The notes under the pieces were generated by a model, which ran no database searches, was not told the origin of the DNA, and saw only the letters and a program-made list of their open reading frames with translations. Position numbers and translations under genes: made by a program. DNA of 60,547 nt, filler included, from Sphacelaria rigidula (Eukaryota): NCBI GenBank assembly GCA_964200075.2. It is 7 parts of 7 records of this genome, joined end to end, with 100 filler letters (N's around TTAATTAATTAA, not from the genome) between each part and the next. Parts side by side here need not be neighbours in the genome. Positions count along the whole stretch, not along the records: positions 43,321 to 51,884 come from CAXNAA020010768.1; positions 51,985 to 60,547 come from CAXNAA020010769.1; 5 more parts are not named here. The stretch is one strand, 5' to 3'. Shown one piece after another: positions 50,515-60,547 of this stretch (position 1 is the first letter of the stretch; every line of letters starts with the position of its first letter).

Positions 50515-51720
50515 AAAATGTCATCAGCAAGTGCCTTCTGCAAGACGCACCCAATAGTCGCATACATGATCTCATACCGATCGCAATGAACGGACGAAAA
50601 GGGTGGCATAGCTGGATTTTTGTTCAAGGCTGTGGCGGTGGCGCGATGGACAAAAATTTGTCTCGACCAATCAGCGCCTTTCAAAATGTTCCGAAAATGA
50701 AAATACGAATTCCAAGGCCAATTTCCACCGAATCTCCACATGCTTCGGATCGTAGTGAACGTCATCACCTTCAGAATTCAACAGGAGAAACGGATTTGAA
50801 AACGGTTCCAACGGGGTCGAATTATACCCGAAACCGTGATGTTTCGGTGATATGGAGTGTGGGTTCGTCTAATTTCCACTCATGGTACGCGGGAAAGATT
50901 CAGGGATCCTCTTGACGATTTCCCTCATGTCTGTTGTAGAAAAGCTCAGATTATCCTCGAGCTTGGCAGTTCCGTAGGTATTGATGCTCCGAATGGAAAA
51001 ATTGTGTTCTTGGCAAGGGTTTGAAGTTTCTCCGTTCTCTACCGGCTTCCGGGGGTCCAAGTACAAAGACCCCGGAAGGCGGTACAGAATGACGCGAAAA
51101 AAATAATACCAACATGATGCGTGCCGGGATGGTTCAAGAAACACATGTACGAAAGTTTGGTGAAGAAACTCGAAAATCTCATACAAATGTCCCCGCCTTG
51201 ACATAAAATTCACCCTAAAAGATGTTTTCATACTCAACCCAAGTAGTTAGAAGTTTGCACATTTTGAGCTTACATCCTCGCACAAACGCGCAAATCTTCA
51301 CGCATTTATCACGAGTTAGACCGTGAAACTTTGCACAAATGTCCCATGAATCATTACGCAAGTTACGATCAACAAGGGTTTTCCACTTCTTGATTTGTTT
51401 ACCGTTTTTCAGGGGTTCCACGGGATCCAAGTCGTTCTTTCGAAGTCGTCCATTCTGGGACCCCGGAAAACCAGCACTACGCTCTTTTCTTTATTTTTCC
51501 GCGGACGCTCTGTCGCCGCAAGCCCCAAAGAAGAACCCCACAAATTTTCGTAGCCAAACTCGATGAACTGGTGCTTGAATTTTCATGTTCACGTCAAAAA
51601 AGGCTCAAAAACGCCATTTTCATACTAAAATCTAGTAGTTTGCCGTTTCACCTGGCATGGCAAGGTTCATCGCACAAACGCGAAAAACTTCACGCCGTTT
51701 CAAGGAGTCCACGGTTAGGA
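50515..51720 (+). repeat. Dispersed repeat family A, copy 3, with an internal sub-repeat (51220-51320 vs 51610-51720)
   Basis: Colinear with copies 1 and 2; ttttcatact..tagt..tcgcacaaacgcg.aaa.cttcacgc occurs twice. Confidence 0.85.
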
Positions 51721-52716
51721 CAAATCAGAATTCATACGAGTCGACTCGCCATGACGCGCAAGCAGTCGAGGGTGGATAACACATATGCACCGCAGTCATC
51801 TTGCGCGCATTACAGTTGTGAGAAAATCTCGCGTGGATCAGGGACCATCGGAGGTGAAGAGTCCACCTGTACAACTTGTTAGTCNNNNNNNNNNNNNNNN
51901 NNNNNNNNNNNNNNNNNNNNNNNNNNNNTTAATTAATTAANNNNNNNNNNNNNNNNNNNNNNNNNNNNNNNNNNNNNNNNNNNNCGTGGTCAATGGTCAA
52001 ACGACTAAGGCAAGCAACAAATGAGTACGCCCCCCTCCCCCCCTCCTCCAACCCCAGAATGAGGTTTATGCGGAGAAAGAGGGGGTGGCTCATGGATTTC
52101 CCGATATGGGGCCCCTCGCTCTTGCGACAACTATTGGCTTTGTCTGTAAGTTTGTTCCTTGACGACTATTAATACCTGTGGTACACCTTCAGTGCGCCTT
52201 CCTGCGGTCCCCCATACACGGTTTCCTCTACAAGTGCCGTATTTCTGCCGTAGCTTCCTCTCATTTTCCTCTGCTGTGTGCCCTTTCGGTACATGAAAAA
52301 AAAATTGCCGCGATTACGCTGATTGCAATTATTATCACCGCAGTTTACTCTACTTCGGTGTACTTCCATTTATAAATTTTGTAGTCTTTACTGCTTCATT
52401 TTTTTCGGTACTTACACTCCCCTGCCGAGCCTACACTACCTGCTATTATTACACCAGAATCATTGTACTCGGGTGTCTGGCGTCCATTTCTACCCCTTCA
52501 ATTTAATATGGCGCAACCACAGAAAATAATGCCCCCCTCGGTCATTCCTCTTTACAAATCTTTACGCCGTCAGCGTTTCCTTTCATCACTTCAAAACCAT
52601 TCACTCTTAGTTCCACTGTACACGAAGAAGTAAAATCCGACTGAGCTTCGGCCCTCCACTCTGGCGACTGCACGTCTCAAGACTTGGCTGCTACTAGTGA
52701 CCACGACCACCATTTG

Positions 52717-53031
52717 TCCAAGACTTCCAACATGATCGACGAGTCGCTACGCGCTCGCTCTGTTGCGAAACGCACACCGTCCAAGACTCCCGACATGATC
52801 GACGTGTCGCTACGCGCTCACTCTGTCGCGGACCTTCCACTGTCCAAGACTTCCAACATGATCGCCGAGTCGCTACGCGCTCGCTCTGTTGTGAAACGCA
52901 CACCATCTCGGAGTTCCAATAAATCTGCCGAGTCGCCACGCGTTTCCACTGCTGTGCAACGCAAACCGCTCCAGGCTCCCGCCGCGGTTATCGACTCACT
53001 CCGCGCTCGTGGTGTTGACGAACGGCATCCG
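52717..53031 (+). repeat. 63-bp tandem repeat, about 5 units (21-aa SKTSNMIDESLRARSVAKRTP if translated)
   Basis: Units start at 52717, 52780, 52843, 52906, 52969 and decay rightwards. Confidence 0.9.
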
Positions 53032-53426
53032 TCCATGCCTTCCGACGTTTTCGGTATGTCGCACAAGGGTTGCGATGCCGCCTGCGACGACACGACATGT
53101 ATCGTGAGGACACTTCTGTTCACTAGCCCTCGCGCCGAACATCCTCCTCGCGTCTTGGCCGCGCAGAAGAGCCTTCCACAGGGCACCTGCCCTTGGTCAC
53201 GGCACTTGAGCACTTGCTCCGTTCATCACCGGCTGTCATTTCTGACGGTCTGGCGACAGCTGCCCTTTCACAAGCGCTTGCGGTCGCGTTTCACACAGCC
53301 GTTCAACATTCAACGTCCTCAGATCATGTTCACTTTGACAGTGGTGTGAACCATTAGGCCTCTCTACCAGCGACTGCAGACCATGATGACGAACGTTCGA
53401 CCTCAGATGTTCCCTTTGATTCGGAT

Positions 53427-53754
53427 ATGGATGGTGACGACACTGTCCCCCATGGTGATCGTACCACTCATGTTCATGACGTACGTGCATTGCTATCGGG
53501 ATTATCATCGACCACGGGATCCTCACGACCCAAATCTGTCGACCACACCCGCGTGAGTTCACGACTGCCCACGAATGCTTCGTTGACTGACATCCACGCA
53601 CCCTTACGCGACGGACACAGCACTCATCGTGCCCTTCCACCCCATCCTGATGCTGCCACTGTGCGTGCGGTGGAACGACGAATCGCAGATCTCCGTCGAT
53701 ACCTGCGATCTGCTTCCATCATGGCTGACGCCCCGGCACCTTCGACTACGCCAG
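53427..53754 (+). pseudogene. Probable N-terminal gag fragment of the Gypsy element, cut by the inverted block
   Basis: ORF MDGDDTVP...MADAPAPSTTP ends exactly at the LTR boundary; same orientation as the gag-pol downstream. Confidence 0.4.
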
Positions 53755-54204
53755 TGTAATGTGGATAGATATGGGCAAGGCTCCACACACCTTCCTTGAA
53801 AGATCGATGTGCCGCAAGCTAAGCACAAGATGCAACGGTGTGGCCGAGAAGAACAAACTGCAAATATGTGATTCACACACACAGGTTATCGTGACTGTTG
53901 ATCAACAGTAGCAAATAAACAAGGAGCTCGAATGCTTGATATCTTGTAACTCGCGCTTATTATTCTCTTGCTCGCCTAGCGTACTGTTCTCACCAAAGGT
54001 GAGCAACTTATCTGACCTCGGCCCGAGAAGGCGTTTTACCTTCTCGGGGCTAGGGTACACCGGTCTGCACATAGTCTGCACACTAATCTTCCCCAGAGCC
54101 ATGGGAGTATTCCCATGGACAGATCGAAATGATCTGTGAGCCAACCTGCCCCAAAATTGTCTGTGGGAACAAATAGCGCCTCTCTATCTTCCTTCCTCAT
54201 GACA
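53755..54204 (-). mobile_element. LTR (450 bp) of a Ty3/Gypsy element
   Basis: Minus strand TGTCAT...ATTACA termini, preceded by PPT-like ctgggtgggtgag (54217-54205), downstream of integrase. Confidence 0.75.
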
Positions 54205-54899
54205 CTCACCCACCCAGACGAACCTCTACTTGAGTTGCGATGAAATCTCAAGAGCAACTAAAATTCAGGTTTGTCTCACCCATCAAGTCATGAGGAAACA
54301 ACGCGAAAAAAAGACAAGAGGGCAATGACCAGCCCGTGCCCGATGCTCCCACACCTCAAACAAGAAAAACCAAAGGTGCCTCAAAAAGCGCAATTACGCA
54401 ATTGCGGTTGACTGCGCAGTAGCACACAATGCTGCTGCGAGGTAGTGAACAGACGGGAAAAGCACACAATGCTTTGACGCGCTAGCTAGATAAGAAGCAA
54501 AGGAAAACCCCGCAAAGGACACAATGGCAACCGCAAGCAGGAAAACAAAAAACTCAACGACCGGAATAGGGTCGAGTGCCAGCCAGACAAAGTGGTGGCA
54601 GCGTAGAGGCCAATGGAAGGGGGCGGAGGGGGTCCAGAGGAAGTCGTCGAAGGGGCCGATGAGGGTAGAGATGAGCCGCGATAGGGGAGCATCGTAGGTG
54701 AAGCAGTGAAGAGGAGAGCGTACCTGAGTGGGGACAAGGGAAGTACTAGAACCAAACTCGGAGGAGAGAGGAAAATCGCGATAATGGGAGTGCAAAGAGA
54801 TAGGACTCAAGATGGTGCATTGATGTCGTGTGTACGATCGATATTGCGTTGACGGCCGCGGCGTAAGCCGTGTAACTTGAAGCGTTGTAGGCACCAAGA

Positions 54900-56609
54900 A
54901 CCGCGGGGTGCGGAGGGGCTGGTCGTGTATATATCGGGGCGAAGCTTGAGCTGAACGGGCCCAGGGTCGTCGAGGAAACGCACGATGTACGTGTCGGCCG
55001 CGAGGGCATCGACGGAGTGGATCTAACCTAGCCACCAGAGGTAATCGCTGCCCTTGTACCACAAATAGGCACCTTTAGGGAGCGGTTGTTGTTTTGCGCG
55101 AATCTTTTCGTCCCATTGTTCGGTGGGTACGAGTTCGTAACCATCGACTACAAAACGTAGTCCTTGGTCGCGGTGGAGTTTGCGAGCCGCAGCACCGCGT
55201 CTCATGTTGCGGCATCCCTTGTTGTCAGCGAGCTGTTGCTGTGGGGATTGTGCCCAATAGAGAAGGATAGCACAACGGTGCAGTTGAAGGTTGGACTCGC
55301 GTTCCCAAGACGCACGCCGAAGATCTTGCCGGTGTGTCTTGTACATAACCGCAATTTTGCCGCCAGGACCTCGAGTGATTTGGTGGCCGGCATATGTGGG
55401 ACACGGCCAAGCGGAGAGGTTGTTCAGTCACGTCATCGGTGGTAACGTGGTATGGTGGAGATTTTGTTGAGTATGTTGAGCACGTATTGAGTGAGACCTG
55501 CAGGCAGGTAGTGAGGCATGTCAGTAGTGTCATGCGGGTTCGTGCAAGGCTTGCAACGATGCACAGAGACGCGAGATTTAGCGTCATGTCCCTGGAGGTC
55601 ACGGGGTAAATCGAGGTAGAGGAGTTTGTCGCCAACAGGCTTGCCGTCAGGAGACGTCGGCGAGGGTCCGACAATGAGGATTGTGAACAGGCCCGTCCAA
55701 TTGAGGGACAGTTTCGTCTTCAAGACTGTTGCCTGGGCAGTGCGGTCAGTGCCTTGGCGGATGGTGGACAACCTGTTATAGATCCAGACCCAATCGCCGA
55801 TCTTCCAAGTAGGGCGTTTGTGCATCAAGTTGTAGAGGGCGGCATTGGATCTTTCAAGGCGTGAGGCGTTGATAGCGTGTTGTTCGCGCACCAAAGTGAA
55901 AGCCTTGCGCTGACGGCCCCCGGCGAGGTCGTGGTAGGACATCTGATCCTGTTCCAGACCTTGGTGACCATCGAAGGTATGTCTTTCGAAAACGGTGATG
56001 GGCAGACGAGGGTAGCGTCCAAGATGCAGCTCGTTGGGCGGAAGACCGGTAGCCGCGTTAACCGAATTGTTGTAAGACAGCATGACATGCGAAAGATGAA
56101 GGTCCCAGTCATTCTGACGGTCGTTTACGACCATGGATAGCATTTGAGCCATCGTGTGGTTCACACGTTCAGTTCCACCGTTACCGTTAGGGTGGCAGGC
56201 GCTCGTGGCAATTTTGCGAATGGCGAGGAGCTTGTACAAAGCATCCGAGAGTTCGGAGCAAAATTGTTGACCATTGTCGGAGAGGAGCCGTTTCGGGCAG
56301 CCATAGGGCTTAATGTAGTCATGGACGAGAATGTCCGCTGTGCCGGCAGCAGTGACATCGCTAGCAGTAACAGCGTACATAGCCGCGTGACGGCTGAAGC
56401 GATCGGTGAAAAGCAGAATGTAGGTATTACCACGGTCAGTGGTTCGGCAAAGGGCCGAAGTAGTCAAACGATACGAAGTGACCAGGAGCGTTTGGAGGCT
56501 CCATGGAAATCACCGGCCCTCGTACAGTCTATCGAGAGGTTTTGCGAGCCTGACATTTGAAATATCCTCGGATCCAAAAACGCGTGGATGTTTCCATGCC
56601 GATCCACCA
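54900..56609 (-). pseudogene. Ty3/Gypsy integrase with chromodomain-like C-terminal extension, disrupted
   Basis: WWIGM..KCQARKTSR*..SFDYFGPL / GNTYILLFTDRFSRH..LLSDNG..GNGGTERVNHT (DDE); then YKTH..SWERESNLQ; stops and frameshifts. Confidence 0.92.
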
Positions 56610-59600
56610 TTGTGGATGTTTCCGGGCCGGCGTGGCGCCGATGGCAAAAACGCATGCGCGAGTATCGTATACCGTCTCGCCACCATCGCCAGCCTTACCA
56701 CAATCATAGCGACTCTCGCTCAAATCGCGACCGCCGCCACACCACCAACACCGTCTCAGGTACTCGCCATAGAGATAGTTCTTTCCGCCCTTCTCAGTCT
56801 TCGCATGGTCATCACCAGCGAACGGGGCCGACTCACGACAACTCAAACCCCAATGCCAGAAATCCTGGCTCTTTCTTGACGGATCGCAACGACCCATGAC
56901 ACGCCGACGACGGCGTGAATTCTTCGGCGCCGCCGATAGCAGAATCGAAGACTCATCCAACACCCACCGCCGCTTGGGTGACAAAACGTTCTCACCCGAA
57001 CTTTTCCACACTATGTAGGTGATCTAATGACGGCCGTTCTTCTCGACCCCCGTCTTTATCTTCATACACACAGCGTAACCGTTGTGTTGACTCACCACCC
57101 AGCTCTATGCTTGGCTCCAGGCTTGGTTCTCCGGAACTGAGTATAAATCTGAGGTGTGGGAAGACCGACCGCGGACCCTTGAGGCACAGGCTTCCCTCAA
57201 CGACCGCACGCACCGGTTGTAGCAGATTTCATTCGACTGGTTCTGGTGTTGATGGTTCGAAACTGACCACCGCAAACCCTTCGACTCCGACCCAGCCTGA
57301 TCGAGGTCGATCTTCGCGTCACCCTTCTGCCGCGAAACTACCCCGACATACAGCGGACAACACTCGTCTCCTTTCACATTTAGCAGTGCCCTTTGTACCG
57401 AGCTTGCCAGCGGACAGTCCACAAGTTTCGGCCGAGCATGCCCCGATGCTCACAACATCACCTCAACTGGACGCACTTGCAGTTTCCCAAGAAGTTTTGG
57501 AAGTTCCCAGCCATTTGTCACAGCACGAGAGGAAGCCCCGTCGTCATGCCCCCAAGGTCGCGCGAGCATTGACACGCCCCCCTCCCGTCAGCGGAAAATT
57601 CCGACCCCATTCTCCCCAACAAGCGGCGACTTTGAGCTCGACGACATTGCCAGGCATCCAAGAGGAATCCACATTGGACCTTTCAGACGGTACCGCTCCC
57701 TCCCCTGATGGTCCCAGTGGCACTTCGCAGCAATCTATTTTTAATGATGACCCTTGTACTTCCAAACCAGTCATTTACGAGATTGATCAAAATCCTGATT
57801 CACGCTGCCCTTCACGATCGGATCAGACCCCCGTGCTGTCTACCGATACCTTTGAACCCCCCGCGGATCACCCGCCATCCGTTTTCACGGTCAGTCCGAC
57901 TAATCCTGACCAATTCACGTTACCTGAACATGGCCCTGACCTCGTCGGTGGTAAAGTGTCCGTTGATCCTGCCACCTTCACTACCCGCGTCGCAATACAC
58001 TGCGGCCGTTATGCCTCCACGCGCGCCAAGTGCGTCTCGTTGCTAGACAGCGGTAGTCCACAGACATTCATCAAAGAATCCATGTGGAACCACATGAACT
58101 AGCGCTGCTTCCGATGCTTGCGAAATCACCACCCAATCTCGCGTTTGGGGCGGTTTCGGCGACTCCAAAACACCCTTGACACAAAAATCTGTTCGCCTTA
58201 GTGTACAATTTTTCCACAATGATACACGTCGGCTAGTCTCGCAGTCTGGGCTTACATCGTCCCTGACAGCACCATGCATCATGCTCTCCTTCTTGGCAGA
58301 GATAGCTACATGCGGTTCGACCAGCGTACGTACCGCACCCTCCCACCATTATCACCTCAGTCGGTGCCTCGTGGAGAACTCCAACCAGAACACCTTGATA
58401 CCCTCAGTGGTGCCTTAGTTTACAAAAAGAACGAGCAGGCTCCCGGAGTGGCTTACCACCTCCGGTATAATGGTAGTTCTGGTGTCACCCTCTCCGACGA
58501 GCCTCAACTCTTGGAAGTTCTGCTTGTTCGTCGCAACGGTATGCCTGCCATCACTGGCCACTACCTTGCGGAATTGCTGCCTAAAATTGGTGCGCCCGCT
58601 GGCACTGAGCATTTAGTCTCGGACGGTGAACAACTCCTGCCTCTCACAGGCCACGCTAATCTGGAACCTGGCGTTGTCTTGGGCATCGTCGCGGCTCCTC
58701 TTATGCACATTCCTCTGGATACCTGTGTAGCCGACTCTCCGGCGCCTGATCCCATACCGCCGACTGCTGGTTCTGTTCACTGCGTTGATGAGCCATACTT
58801 TGATCTATCCCCCTCACCCCCGACCCGGATTTCTGCAGTGGAATCCGACCGACCCCCTGCTGAACCTCCTGATGAAGTGCTTCAACGCCTATCGGTCGAG
58901 TCTCGGGAATATTTCCTGCGAATGTGGCACCAACTTCCACCTCATGTGCGTGATATCCAGTTTGACCTACATGGTCCGGGCTGGGAGCCCGCCGTCATCC
59001 AAGAGCTACAAGATGTTCTCCTGGAATATTAGGACAGATTTTCACGATCCAAGACGGATCTCGAGCATTGTAAAACATTACCATTCGAGATCACTCTGCA
59101 ACCTGGCGTCTCGCCAATTTCATCTCGACCATACCGAACGAATCCCCTCCTCACCAAAAAAGTCAATGCTATTTTGGATGCATACTTAGGAGCTGGTCTG
59201 ATTCAACACTCGTCTTCGCCATGGGCCTCACCCCTCGTGGTCATCCCCGAAAGAGATGGCAACATATGCATCACCGTGAACTACAAACGGCTGAATCGCG
59301 TCACTGCCCTGTGAAAACTCCCCATACCTCGCATCGACGAAGTCTTCGACTCTCTCGGTGAAGGGAAAATATTCAGCGCTTTCGATCTGGCCTCTGGATT
59401 TTTCCAAAATGCAATTCACCCCGATACAGTTCCCTTGACGGCGTTCTGTACATCTTCAGGGCTTTATGAATGGCTTCGTATGCCACAAGGCGCTGCCACC
59501 GCACCTGGCTGCTTTCAACGCCTCATGCAACGCGTCACTGACGGTCTCGAGCATGTTCTCATATATCTAGACGATGCTATCGCTTTTGATGCCGCCCCCA

Positions 59601-59880
59601 AGGCGCATGTTCGCACTCTACGGGAATTTCTTTCCCGCTTGCGTACACACGACTTGAAATTGTCTCCATCCAAAGCTCGATTCGGAGCCACTGAATTGGA
59701 TTTTTTGGGACACTCAATCTCTCCTGCTGGATTGCACCCAGACACGAACAAGGTCGAAGCTATGACTGATATGCCCATGCCCACCAATATTTCGCAGCTT
59801 CGCTCGCTGTTGGGTGGACTTTCACATTATCGCAAATTTTTGCCCAACCCGAAACGCCTCATTACACTTGATTCTACTGT
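56610..59880 (+). pseudogene. Ty3/Gypsy gag end, protease and reverse transcriptase; disrupted and truncated before RNase H
   Basis: Protease LLDSGS near 58038; RT SPWASPLVVIPK, FDLASGFFQ, RMPQG, YLDD (59564-59575), FLGH, YRKFLPN; in-frame stops at 58100, 59030, 59312. Confidence 0.93.
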
Positions 59881-60547
59881 GTGTTCCAGGAGAGTTAATG
59901 AAAACCGGTCGCCAAAGCGTCACAGCTGAAACGAAACTCTTTTTGGAGTGAATCGTCGTGTTCGGATCTTCGGGGGACTGACACCCCCGAGAGTGCCTGC
60001 CCGGTCCACGCCGCTTTGAGCTCTGCGAATGCGCAGTTTGCTTTTGGCGTGCTCTACACCACCGTTGCCTGAGTGTTCCTCTCTCTTTGCCTTAGGTTGA
60101 GTTTTAGGTCGATGTCAGCCGTAGCTTTTGACAGGAGCAGAGAGTGTTTGAACCATGGCATTTAGTTCTTTTTGGCGACGGGTCCGCGTAACCCCAGCAC
60201 CATTTCTCGGTCTTCCGTTTTTCCCTCTGGGGCATATACTTGTTTGCTTCGGAAACAACTTTGTTTATGGTGATGGGCCCGTTTCGCGCCTGTGCGCAGA
60301 TACGCCATACGGATTGTACCTGAGGGTCATGACCGCATAGACTAGAGCAGTACAAGTACAGGTATTGCCGAAGGCATGTGTGCGCGCACTAGCACGATGC
60401 GCTATTCATAGAAATGAAGATGACAGCGCATTCGCTCGTCATCTGGACCCAACCTCGCAGCATGATGCGTGTGTTTGTGTGTGTTGTCGTCCCATCTATT
60501 CTGGACGCCAGTCTACATTTTTCGGTTTATGCGGGCGCATCAGCCGG

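Overview
Eukaryotic, repeat-rich genomic DNA, most likely a brown alga (Phaeophyceae), inferred from an EsV-1-7 repeat protein, GT-AG introns and Ectocarpus-like retroelement remnants. The window is not one locus. Six identical 100-nt spacers (44 N + TTAATTAATTAA + 44 N) recur every 8664 bp and join seven pieces of 8564 bp (the last 8563), which looks like size-sorted unplaced contigs, so nothing should be linked across spacers. Contents: (1) exons of a Gln/Gly/Met-rich protein; (2) a small spliced Trp/Tyr/Cys-containing gene between 330-bp direct repeats, plus a 42-bp minisatellite; (3) one G-protein alpha exon, a decayed Tc1/mariner element with Stowaway-type TIRs and a Copia relic; (4) TE debris and a tRNA-derived SINE; (5) a large Ser/Arg/Lys-rich gene; (6) an intact EsV-1-7 gene with 15 tandem 38-aa C-x4-C-x16-C-x2-H repeats, plus a LINE 3' end; (7) a rearranged Ty3/Gypsy element. 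The best candidate for a new system is the EsV-1-7 array, whose variation is concentrated at fixed repeat positions, like a modular TALE or zinc-finger code. All family calls are by-eye motif recognition; no searches were run.
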